Shown in pieces: positions 23,540 to 35,010 of a stretch of 64,000 nt of DNA; positions within the stretch are counted from its first letter, which is position 1; every line of letters begins with the position of its first letter. The DNA is from Vitrella brassicaformis CCMP3155 (lineage: Eukaryota > Protista > Chromerida), in contig CDMY01000214.1 in the NCBI GenBank assembly GCA_001179505.1, forward strand, positions 101,961 to 165,960. The letters run 5' to 3'. The notes below the pieces were generated by a model. The model worked only from the letters and a program-made list of their open reading frames with translations, did not search any database and had not been told where the DNA came from. The translations under genes and the position numbers were made by a program.

Positions 23540-23753
23540 CTGATGCCTGCAGGCGAAAAGAAAAAATTAAACGTCTCGTCTCGCGCGATTTCTCGCCAAG
23601 GAGGTCCAGGGTCCAATTCCTTCTCGATAGGATGAATAAACACCGGCAGCCTCTATCCTACCCTGCACTCGGTCAAGTTAGCCCCCTCGCCCCCCAGTCT
23701 CGGAGAAGCTCGCTTTCTCTCCCCTTTTTCGCGCACAAGGGTCACATCGCTAC

Positions 23754-25697
23754 TCATACAGTATCGACAGCTCTGCACAATTCTCTATCCATGACATCCA
23801 GGAACCTCTCCGCCTCGCCCCTCTCAATCAGGGGCGCGCTCGTCTGGAGGCACACGCACAGCCGGCCGCCCACCGTCACGCACGAGAGCTGAAACAAACA
23901 GCCGTTCTGGCTGTTGGTCACGCCGTAATACACGCCATCCAGACTAATGGGGCCGTACTGCGTCCTCCCCGGCCACACTCCCGCGTTGGACAGACCACAC
24001 GTGTAGGCACGACCTAAAGGCATACGAACACACACACGCATTGAGTCCCAGATTGATCATCGAATGTCGACTGCCACCCGCTAACTCACCATGGGTCTGC
24101 TCCGATGCAGCGGCCTTTTCGACAACGTCCTCAATCTCCGCCACCCGCATGCCCACGTCGAACAGCAGCGGCCCCTCACGCCCACTCACATCAATCACCG
24201 ACCGGAACTCCTCCCGGCAGCCTTTGGCAAACCGCCAGAAGGCCTCATGTGACCCAGCCAGTGCCGGCGGGACTCGCAGGTTGAATTCCACAGAGCCGCC
24301 GAGAGATGAGAGTGTGCAGGGGCGGGGCAGCGGCGAATTCACGGCGAACCGACGCAGGTCGGTTGACAAAAGGAACCGTACCAAAGGGTTGCTCATTCCT
24401 GAGACGTCTTGACACGCCATAAGGGCGGCTGCGATGAGTGCTGCCGTCACCGTGGTGCCCTCCCGCCGGCTCCTGTGCTTCAACTTCTCCATCAGTGGTC
24501 GGCCGAGCGTCCTCAAACAGAGCTGAGTGTGCCGCTGCGACGGCGTCAATCCCTCGCCCCTCCGTCGGTCGAGCACCAGCATCACGGGACACACGATGGT
24601 GGCCGTAGCCCTCACGAGGTGCTTGACGGTCTGCCAGGAGAACACCCGCCTCACATAGTCGACAAACGGCTCCTCGATGGACGTGTTGCCGAAGAGCAAT
24701 GCCTCCACACTCGGGGGGAAGGAGACGGAGAGAGGGGCCGGATTGTCCGCGTGGTGTTTCGATGAGTGTGGCTGAATGTCGTCAAGGAGGTCCTCCAGGA
24801 CGATGTGAGCCGAGATCTGGTCGGAGATGGCGTGGTTGAACAGCCACACGAGAGCTGACCGGCCGGCAGAGGGGCTGTGGACAACATGCAGCAGCCACAA
24901 TGGGGCGTCACGGGGAAACGTCACACCTGCACCCATACAGAAAGACACGGCCATGTTCCCTCGCATTCGTTTCCCTCCCCGGTCTCTCTTACCGTCGATC
25001 GTTCCCTCGACAAGCGTCCGCCACTCATTCCTCAGCTCGGCACTATTTCTCGCCTCGACATCCACCCACACCACCGCCCTGTCCACCAGCTCATCAGCAG
25101 AGGCATCCAGCGGATAAAACCACGGCCACTCGACACTCTGCGGCCTCGGGCAGCACTCATCCCCCACAGGCAGGTCCCCTATCTGCACGCGTAGCAACGG
25201 ATGCCGCAACACGACTCCCTCCAACGCACGACGGACGTCATCACGTGTGAGCGACGATGTCCCCGTGAGTTCGGCGACCGAGAAATGGGCGATTGAGAGG
25301 GGGGCATCTCTCTCGTTGCGCTGGGTCTTGGTGAGGAGTCGCTCCCAGCTGCCGAGAGGGCGGGTGTAGGTGGGGATGGGTGCGGCTGTGACGGGTGCGG
25401 GTGGCTGCTCCACTGCAGGCAGCTGCCTGTCCGCTGCTGCCGAGGGAAGGGGTGTGATCTGCATCGTTAACAGATAACGCATTCATCCATGGGCTGTGCG
25501 GTGAGTCAGAGAGAGAGAGAGCTGTATGTGCGTGCGTGTGGGCACTGCCGTCCGTCACTCACCTGTCTGCGTTCGGGTGTTGATGCGACGCGGTGACGAT
25601 TGGGCTGCCATGGCTTCAGGAATGAGCCTCGAGTGTCCAGATCTGCACCGGTCGCACCGAGTGTGAGTGCCAGCTGCCACCATAGCTGACATTTCAT
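23754..25697 (-). CDS. Condensation-fold CoA-dependent acyltransferase (alcohol acetyltransferase/PapA5-like) with an N-terminal signal/transit-like presequence; 3 exons (25697-25563, 25458-24090, 24013-23754)
   Basis: Motifs: RPLGSWE, ALEGVVLRHPLLRVQI, WLFNHAISDQIS (HxxxDG-like) and GLSNAG. Both introns are GT-AG and phase-consistent. Exon 1 reads MKCQLWWQLALTLGATGADLDTRGSFLKPW. Confidence 0.85.
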
Positions 25698-25772
25698 GAG
25701 TTTGTTCCTTCGCCTTCCTGTTGAGCGCGCAAATCGCGACGATCGCCTCTTACTCCTCTCTTTCGCTACCAA

Positions 25773-27591
25773 TGGCGCCCCTGACTGAGCAGAGCCAAGA
25801 GTGCGTGGCTGCCGTCCTGACGACCATCACCAGCCGCCTCAGCACCGCCGACAACCGGCCCACAACCAATGCTGACCTGGAAAACGCTCAAGAGCAACTG
25901 GTGGGGGAGAGGGGGAGGCTGAGGGCCCTTGGCAATGGACGGATGCTTCTTCTGTGTGTGTGTCTGTGTTTGTCAGACGGCCATCTGTCTGGATGCGCTT
26001 GAGCTGTCGGTGTATGATGTGGACGAAACACGGGGGCCGACAGAGGAGAGGCGGACGCTCGACAATGCCGCGGAGATCATCAACACACGTACTGTGTCAG
26101 CCCGGCTTCACACACAGACACATGCTCCACTTCCCTCTTCCCTCTCTCTCTCCCCCCGTGCAATACAGACATTGTGGTGTCGTTCTTCGGCTCTCACATG
26201 GACATCACACACATCGCCGCCACATGGCTCCACATGGACGTACGTCACACACGAAACAGAGCATGATACACATTAGACTGCATGGCCCCCTTTCTGCAGT
26301 TCCCATCGATGGTGCGTGCCATGGGTCTGCCCGATGAGTCATTACACGACACCAATGCCATCGCCAGGCGGATGGACGAGGGTCGCTCCCTCGTCGGCTA
26401 TGTGGATGCGGCCAGCCACGCTGAGATGTTCCCTGCGGCCGACAGGGGGAAGCTGAGCCTGCTGTTCGGGCGGATGGAGTGGGCCACATCGTCGCTGCTG
26501 AGGAGAATCCTTGTGCAGGTGGACGGTGAGAGAGGGGGGAGGAAGGGAGAGAGAGAAGAGACATCTTATGCGATGTGTATTGCAGTGCCTGATGTGCTCA
26601 AGGCGAGATTTGAAGCCATGTGAGCGAGACACCTGACACACACAGCAAGTCAGCTGCATTGTGTCTCCCTCCCTCATCATGCAGGCTCTCATCCTTCGAC
26701 GCATCCCCGTTCGACCCCCGCAAGGCCATCGTCAAGTCGCAGATCGCCAAACTCGACGCCATCGTCGCATTCAGACGTCACGCAAACCTCATGACCACGG
26801 AGGAGACACAGCCGCAGCCGCAGCCCCAGCAATCTCCCGAACGGTCGCCGTCATCCCCGCAGGGCCAAGGTGGCCTTGCCCGTCTCCCCTCATTCACAGC
26901 ACAGGGGCGCGCGCAGTTCAAACAAGACAAAGAAGAAGGGATTGCACCACTCGGCAGCGGCGTCTTCGCACGCGGCGCCGACGATTCGCCCACAAAAGAA
27001 ACACATCTGTCCGACCAGCTGACGATGGACATCGCCTTTCTGCGGGAGAAGAGCAAGGCCCTGATGCGCCAGCAAGACAGACCAGGGGAGAGGGGGGCAA
27101 ACGAGCAGCCACGGGGGTCGATGGAGTCGATAACGACACCTCAGTTCGCATCGAGAAACGACAAGACAGCTGCAGCGGCCTTCACTGCCGCAGCTGACGG
27201 CCAGGCAGGGCACACAGTGGGGCGACTTTATAATGACGGACGTGGGAGACAGCGGGAGATGGGCGACGAAGAGGGGCAGCGACAACAGGGACAGACTGAG
27301 GGTAACTGGCAAGGGGGCCGCGAGCCCCAACAGCAGCAGCAGCAGCAGCAGCGGGCGGAGGGGAGGGAAGAGACACGTCCAATTGGCCGTGTGGGTGTGG
27401 CTGTGGGTGTGGATGGGCGGACTGCTGCTGTTGAGAGAGCGGATCGGTGGATGGTGGCTGCTCGTAGGTCGCAGACCGACACCCACGATCGGGCATCGTT
27501 CGCCGCCACGCGTAAGCAGAGAAGAAAAGAGAGCTCACACAGGGTACACACACTTGCCCTGTCGGCCCTGTCTCTGCTGCAGACAATTTGA
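25773..27591 (+). CDS. Hypothetical multi-exon protein
   Basis: The ATG is in accaATGG context. Exons read MAPLTEQSQECVAAVL..|TAICLDALEL..|..FLQFPSMVRAMGLPDE..RRILVQ|..LSSFDASPFDPRKAIVKSQIAKLDAIVAFRRH.., followed by a low-complexity tail. Family not recognised. Confidence 0.6.
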
Positions 27592-27997
27592 GGCTCGTCT
27601 ACCAAGGTGAGAGAGAGAGCTTTTCAGATGCTCGCATCCAAGATGTGGAATCTAGGTGTCTGTATTGCGCCTGTGTGCAGCGTTGTGTGAGGACGTGAAG
27701 CATTTCAGGTCTCTGAATGTGCATCTGTGTGAGGAGAACCACGTGCTGCAGCAGCTGCTTAACAGCCTCAGGGTCAGGTCGTGACGTGTGCTAGGTGTGG
27801 CGAGGTGTGGATGTCTGTGCGGGTAAGGCGTTGAGGCGTTGTGGCATAGAGGAGAGAGAGAGACACGTAATGGACTAAGGACTTGATCCGAATGATCAAA
27901 ATTGTCAATGTATCATGTGTGTATGCGATCAACGTCGATCGACGCACACACACACACTCGTCTGTCGGTCTCTCTCTCTGTCGGTCTGTTTGTCTGA

Positions 27998-29090
27998 TCA
28001 GACGACCTGCAGCACTTCAAGCTCATCAGCCATGAAGCTGCTGCTGCCGCCAAAAGTGGCGTAGGTGCCCTCCCGCACTCCCATGTACCCCTCAGGCACC
28101 AGTGACATGGGCAGCCACTGCGTGCAGCGGCGGATGGTCGCCGGCACGATGAAGTCCAAGCCTAAGGCGCGCTGCGAACCCAGGCAGAGGTAGCCCGGGT
28201 ACCCGCCCCACACCATACACCCCCACGGGCCCATTGAGATGGTGGTGGGGCTGACCGTCGCCACCGTCTGTCGGTCTCGGGGCAGGCGGATCTTGGTCGG
28301 TCGGCTGAAGTGGCCCGCCAGGGAGAACATCCACATACCACACGAGCTGAAACAAGGCGCTTGCATGAAGGAATAAGAAGGCATCAATCGAAAGCATTCG
28401 GCGAAGTGGATGAACAACCACACACACATACCTTCATGCGGTCGTTCATGAAGACGCCGAAGATGTGCTGGTCCTTCTTGGCAACGAAGACCAAGCGGGT
28501 CGAATTGCCCACTCTGCCGAGCAGGCTGGCGTAGCTCGACCCATCCCGATTGGCACTGAACGGAATGACACACACATACATAGGACCGACTCATGGCACA
28601 CAATGGAAGTGTGCAGCCGCATGTCTGCCCCACCGGTAGAGTGATTGCAGTCGTTTGTTGCGGCCGCCGAGGAGGCCCAGGAGGCCTCTACGCTCCTCAA
28701 CGCTCAGCACCGAACCCTCGTAATCAGATACCTGAGACACACACATACACGCAGACACGCACAGACAATGAATGCGGGCAGATGGTATGTCACTCGTGGT
28801 CGAGTTGGCGACCTGTCGGATTGGGGCATTCCTGCCCTCCGTCTGTGTCTGCTCGGGTGTGGTGTTGGCCTGGCGGGCCTTCTCGTGCTCCAGCAGCTTG
28901 ACGGCGTAGTAGTTCTTGTGAATGCAGCTGCCTCGACTGATGGCCCTGCAGGCCGCGACAGGAACACGTGTTGATGAATGATGCAGCGCCAGACGCAGGT
29001 GGTGTTTTGTGCTGCTGACTTGCATGAGGGCACTCCACGCTGCCATTGGGTAGCTTCGATTGGTACCGTGCTTCTGGACAAATCTTACCT
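27998..29090 (-). CDS. TLDc-domain-containing protein
   Basis: RLQSLYR..SANRDGSSYASLLGRVGNSTRLVFVAKKDQHIFGVFMND..WMFSLAGHF..YLCLG..FGGSSSFMADELEVLQVV* follows the TLDc pattern (LY....DG, FG.F, F...ElEV). The 5' end is uncertain. Confidence 0.7.
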
Positions 29091-29275
29091 TGCTCTCAAT
29101 GCTCGCTGACTTAAGGTGCATGCAACACGCTGATGGTCTGCCGTAGTCTGAATGTCATACTGTACACACCACATACGTCACCACATCACAGCGGACCACT
29201 CACTCACTACACACAACAGCTTGCTGTCCAGATGTCCACTGCCGCCTCCATCCATCCATCCATCGGTCGAGGTGT

Positions 29276-31724
29276 CTAGATGGCGTTGGCTTTCCGCTTC
29301 TTGTGTCCCTTCTTGATCGACACGCCACTCGCCAAGCGGGGCTGACCAGCACCACCACCAGCGCCTCCACCAGCAGCAGCAGCAGCAGCAGCAGGGCCGG
29401 GCACAGGAGGAGGAAGGTCGGGAGGGAACAGGGGAGGCGCCTGCAGACACACAGAAGGACAGACAGACAGACAGACAGACAGACATGTGTGTGTATCAGG
29501 AGAGGGAGAGAGAGAGAGAGAGAGAGGGGGGATCGTTTGTGTGTCGCACCGGTATGACTTTCTTGAAGACGAATATCTTGTAGAAGCTGAATGCCTCCTG
29601 CTGGTCGGGCGGCATCACCAAATGACGGTTGTGCTGCAGCCAATGACTGCACCACACACACCCAACACATACCACACACACCCATCCCTCCCTCTCTCTC
29701 CCTTTTTGTGTCTGTCATTGTCTACATGAGTCTGGGCATGTGTTGTTCCCGTGTGGCGTAAGTGATGAACTGCGGGAACTCCATGTGTGTGAGGGGCACC
29801 AGGTGCAGCTCCCGCGCCACCCGGCAGAACTCGAACCACGGCACGTTGTACTCACGCTCGTCTATCAGCCCCTTCAACTGAAACAAATACTGCAGACCCC
29901 TGCACACACCACACAGAGAGAGAGGGGAATGAGTGCTGTGGGTGTGTGGGTGTAGGTGTGGGAGCGTGTGTGCTGTGCTGACCAGGTGGTGTTGAGCCGT
30001 CGCTGGTAGACCTCCTGCGGCTGGTCCAGCACCACGGGCCCCTCCTGGCCCCCATCCACCCGGCCCCCGTCGCCCCGGATGGCTCTGAAGGCGTCCTGGT
30101 CGAAGCTCACGCGATACACCGAGTTGCCGAACTCATACGAGATGCGGCCGCTGGTGCTGCCCTTCTGCACACAGTCAGCGAAAGAGAGAGAGAGAGAGAG
30201 CTGGGGATCTGTACTTGTGGGTGTGAGTGTGTGTATGGGTGTGGGAGGTGCGGACGGTTGGCGCTTCGAATCTGCGTGTGATTCTCTTGAGGTTTCTGGC
30301 GATCATGTCGCACGAGGATGTGGAGCCGATGAACACTCCGCCGGGCTTCAGGTGACGCGACACCTGCACACACACAGAGATCCATGGATTCATACGTATA
30401 CGATTGTGTGTTGGGGTGAGTGTTTGTGAGGGTGCGTGCGTGCCTTTCTTAGGAAGTCAGTGGCGGCCTGTTGGTTGTACATGAGGTAGTGGATGGCCAG
30501 CTGGATGCTCACCACGTCGAACTGCTCACCTGCAGGGGAGGGACACACACACAGATGGCCATGGCGTATGTGTGTGTGTATGTGTGTGTCGCCTCTTTGT
30601 TCACTACCCTTGAGAGGCTCGTAGCACTTCTCATCCAGCAGACTCCCTGCAAACAAACACCACACATATGGCCCCCGTGTGTTTAGGTAAGTGTCTTCCC
30701 TCTCCCTGTCTAGTGTGTGTGCGGATGCATCCAGACACTCGTACCAACGTAGAACTTGGCCTCATATCTGAAGCGGTTCCCGGCGCCCTCCTTATACCGA
30801 CGCCGGGCCTCATCTGATCCACACACACACACACACATATACACACACATAGATGGACGGTTGCTGTGTGTGGGGTACCGATTTCCTTGGACGAGATGTC
30901 GATGCCGATGTACTTGCGGATGTTCAGGTCCACGTACTTGAGCAGATCCTGACCTGTGTGTGTGACCAAGGAATGGCACGACACACACCCCGCACCGATG
31001 GATGGCACACGTGACACACAGCTATCTCCCTCCGCCCTCCCACGCACCCACCGTGTCCGCAGGCGAGATCGAGGACTGTCGCGTTGTTGTATTGCGACAC
31101 GTGCATGTCGATCATCGTCCGCTTCACCTCGTTGTTGTACCTAACACAGACAGACAACAGACCACTCTCATCAACACGCACCATGGCCAGCACCGCACCG
31201 CAGCCACCCTCCTACCGTCTGAGTGCCTCCAGCTCAGCCCCCCGGGCGCCTTGATCTATCTTCTTCTGGTCGTAGTGACGACGGGCTGCGGCGGCCACGT
31301 CGCCGAAGTAATTCGGGTACAGATACGTCCCTGACACCACACCACACAGGAAGCGTGTGTGTGTCTGAGTGGGTCTGTCTGTCTGTCTGTCTGTCAGGGT
31401 GTGAGAGGATGCTCACTGTCTTCTGCGAGGGCCTCGTCAATGTGCTCCGCGAAGGCCCGCATGTTTCGGAGGAGATCTGACAACCAACGCCACAGCCAGC
31501 ACACGGATGCATCAGTGTAGCCTGTGTGGCGTATGGGTACCTCTGACTATGTGTGCGAGTCCGTTTGGTTTGCCCTCGATGAGCCGCATGTACTGCTTCT
31601 TGAGCTGCCCGAAGTCGGCCACCAGCCGCACCTGGTGACGCACACCGCCCTCCTTCGCCGCTGCAGATGATGATGACGACAAGGCGCCCCCGTCCATCTC
31701 ATCGTCTTCGCCCTCATCTTGTTG

Positions 31725-31790
<66 letters not shown>

Positions 31791-32826
31791 TACCATTGGT
31801 GTGCTCTCTTTCTCTGTCTCTCTGTTGTACTTGTATTCTGATCATCATGAGCTGCCAGGGCGGTGCGGCCCCTCCCGTCTTGCCCTTAAACCGCCACTGG
31901 TGGACCTCTCGCCCATACACACCCAACGTGGGGGGGTCCGTCCGCATCTCAGCCGGCCGCTGCCACCCACGCCGCGTGACGGCCGCCACCTGGTAGTGCA
32001 GGTCGCTGTTGGGGCGGTAGAAAGTCAGCTCCCCCAGCCGCTGGGTCCGCGTCATGCCCTTCTGCACTCACGGAGTGACATCCACAGATGACCGTGGCGT
32101 CTTGTGGGTGCATCCCTCTATATATATCTCTCTCTTGTGTGTGTGTGTGTGTGTGTGTGTGTTTGTGTGTGTGCGTGTGTGGCTGACCACTTGTTGTGCC
32201 GCATCGAGGACGACCACAACGTCGCCTTCGAGCCGCTTCTCGGTGAAGGTGAAGTGGGAGTAGGTGGCCTCCCATGTCCGCAGGGATGATGCTGATGGCT
32301 CCGACGCGTCTGTCATTTCTTGGTCCCCCGCGCCATTGCCCTTGCCGGTAACCTCTTTCACCTTGTCCAGCAGCTGGCGGAACTGACGCTCGCTCAGCTG
32401 CTCCTGGAACTCATAATCAGCCGCCTGCACACCAACAACCGCATCGCACACACGCAGAGACAAATGGATGGATGGGCGGTGTGCGAGGTGCAGCCTCGTG
32501 CATCCATCGCTCTGACCCACCCCTTGCTCAAGCAGTGCCTCAGACTCCACTGGCAGGCAGATCGGTGCCGACGTGTATCTGCCGACGACTGCCCCGTAGG
32601 TGGCGTAGAACTGCACATTGTCGTTGTCGCAGCACTCCACAGCGAATGACAGCACCTTCTCCTCCAGGCCCTTCCACAGTGACGACGGTGGCTGTGGGCG
32701 GGCAGGATCGGCGGCAACAGAAGCCGAGCTGGGCCTGCTGCCGTCCCTGCCTTTGCTGCTCGACGGTGCGGCCTTCTGCTTGCCTGCTGCCTTTGGTGAG
32801 GCTGACGCTGGCGATGTGGACATCAT
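29276..32826 (-). CDS. RNMT: mRNA cap guanine-N7 methyltransferase with an N-terminal degenerate Cet1-like (triphosphate tunnel) domain and a C-terminal NLS
   Basis: Methyltransferase motifs: ARRHYD..LRRYNNEVKR, VLDLACGHGQDLLKY, IGIDIS, FDVVSIQLAIHY, LKPGGVFIGST, EYNVPW, FYKIFVFKK. Upstream exons 32826-32521, 32424-32191, 32061-31831, 31724-31541, 31476-31417 and 31330-~31215 splice in frame into it. The protein ends KKGHKKRKANAI* (TAG at 29276-29278). Confidence 0.9.
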
Positions 32827-33242
32827 TGATTCATTGATTCATTCTTGCCGCAAAACACGATGATGGGATCTCTCTCTTGTGTCAAGCACGGATGGCCTCA
32901 CGTGCTCGGGGTTTGCGGCGTGTTTGCGAGCTTAGCTTTCGTGCGAGCTGTGGCTTCCTTGTTTTCCTCTGTCGTGGGGAGGCGATGACGTGAAGGCCCT
33001 GGGTGCTAGCGACGCGTTGAGACTCCACTGGGACATGTGACTAAGGTCACGCCACACTTGGCGACCTGTCCGCCCTCTGCCCTGCCATCCCTTTCCCACC
33101 CTCCCCGCCCGCGTGCCGCCCCTCTCTCTCGCTGATCTGCTCTGACCATCCTGTTGCTGGTCTTTCTTCCTTTCTTCGCCTTGTCCGAGTGTTTTGGGTA
33201 ACCACTCTGTCTGAGCTGAGTGAGTGACGATATAGCTGCACG

Positions 33243-35010
33243 ATGCACATCGAGTACGGCCCTATCGGTGATGCCTCGCCGCTGCCTCTCGGCGTGGGCG
33301 TGGGTGTGGGTGTGGGCGTGCCCTTTGTCGGCGGCGGCCACTCGAAGAGCGCCACGCCGACCTGGACGGACATCAAGGCCGACACTGTGGACTTCGCCGT
33401 GATGCCCACTCCCACGGCCATCAAGCACCGCACTTCGGAGCTGTCCGTTAGGTCAGTGGGCGGGGGGAAGACACAGACGACACTCAAAAGAAAGGGCGGG
33501 AAATGTGTGTTGTGTCTTTTGGTGTGTGTCTTTGTGCAGTTTGGTGACGCCTCCGGTGTCGCGGCTGATCAGCACGCCTGTGGTGCCGACGCTGCACACG
33601 CAGCACCTGCGGGAGCTGTCGCGCCGGCTCGAGGACGGATACCTGCCCGACAGCCAGCCAGCCGCCATGCAAAATGTTCAGGTGAGTGAGGTGAATGGAC
33701 AGGGCAACACTCCTCCCTCCCTGATTGATGCAGCTGGGCGCTAATCTCTGTCTGTCTGTCTGTCTGTGTGTGTGTAGGTTGTGCGTGGCGTGCATAAGGC
33801 GACTGGCCGGTGTGTGATGATCAAGCGTGAGGTGTCTGACCCCGCCGCCACCCCCCGGGCCGGCCGCCGGATGTCCGCCAGCCCCCTCCTCACCCCCACT
33901 GGCCCCTCACTCTCCCTCTCGGCCACTCAGGGCGCCAGCCTGCCGGCAGAAGTTAAGGCCCTCCGCAACGAGCTGCGAGTGCTCCGGTACCTGCACACGC
34001 AGCACCCCAGCCCGCCGCACGTAGTCCGCCTGCTTGATGGAGCCACCGATAGAGGTCAGTGAGCCGCACACATGCACCCCATCCGTCCGTCAGAGAGGGT
34101 GAAGAGTGTGAGTGTGGTTCATATGCAGATCTGCGTCGTGAGGGATCGCAGACCTGGTTGGTGTTGGAGCACATGAGTGGGGGCGACGTGCTGTCGCTGG
34201 TCGAGACCAGCGGGGCCGTCCCCGAGTCGACCGCCCGGGTGATCGTGGAGGGCCTCCTCCGGTCGCTCGCCTTCATCCACCGACACAACGTCATCCACAG
34301 GGACGTCAAGGCCGAGAATCTCGTCCTCGCACACCCCTCACGGCCCGACACCGTCAAGCTCATCGACTTCGGCTGTGCGGTCATCATGACACCGCCAAAG
34401 GCATCCCCCTCACCGTCGCCGAGAGCGTCGCCGCGAGGCAGCCCTTCGCCGTCGCCAACGATGCGCGGGATGGAGAGGGGGCGGAGCGATAAGCGGCATC
34501 GCACTGTGTGTCCGGCGGCCATCGAGCCCAGCCCCGGCGGCTTCATCTCCGGCACTCCTGGGTGCGTATGTTCAGAAGGGGGATTGCGTGTGTGATTGGT
34601 TGTTTGTGGTCATGTGTGTGTGTGATGGAATGCGATGCAGGTGGATCGCTCCCGAGGTGCTGCACGGGCACTCGTACAACTCGCGTGTGGACTGTTTCGG
34701 CGCTGGGGTGCTGTGTTTTGTGTTGGTGGGGGGGTACCACCCCTTTTTGGCCAGCGACATCCGCACCACCCTCCGCAACAACAGATCGGGCAACATAGAG
34801 TTCGGACACCCACGGTATGCTTTCAAGACACACACACACACAGACGGAGAGGTGTGTGTGTGTGTGTGATTATTAATTAGGTGGGGCAGCGTGTCGTTGG
34901 AGTTGAAGGATCTGATTCAGAAGCTGACAAACCCGTCCCCCCTGGAGCGCATCTCGGCCGCGGAGGCCCTCAGACACCCGTGGTTCACGTGTGCCCTCCG
35001 CGATGGCTGA
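33243..35010 (+). CDS. CAMK-group Ser/Thr protein kinase
   Basis: Motifs: VMIK, NELRVL, LVLEHMSGG, IHRDVKAEN, IDFG, GTPG|WIAPE, DCFGAG, GGYHPF, ERISAAEALRHPW. The stop is TGA at 35008-35010. Confidence 0.9.

Noticed and set aside
29290-29440. Transmembrane-looking frame [23 protein letters not shown] at the RNMT 3' end
   Set aside because: The phase-0 junction selects the APPLFPPD..KKGHKKRK frame; the Leu run is an alternative reading of a (GCT)n repeat.
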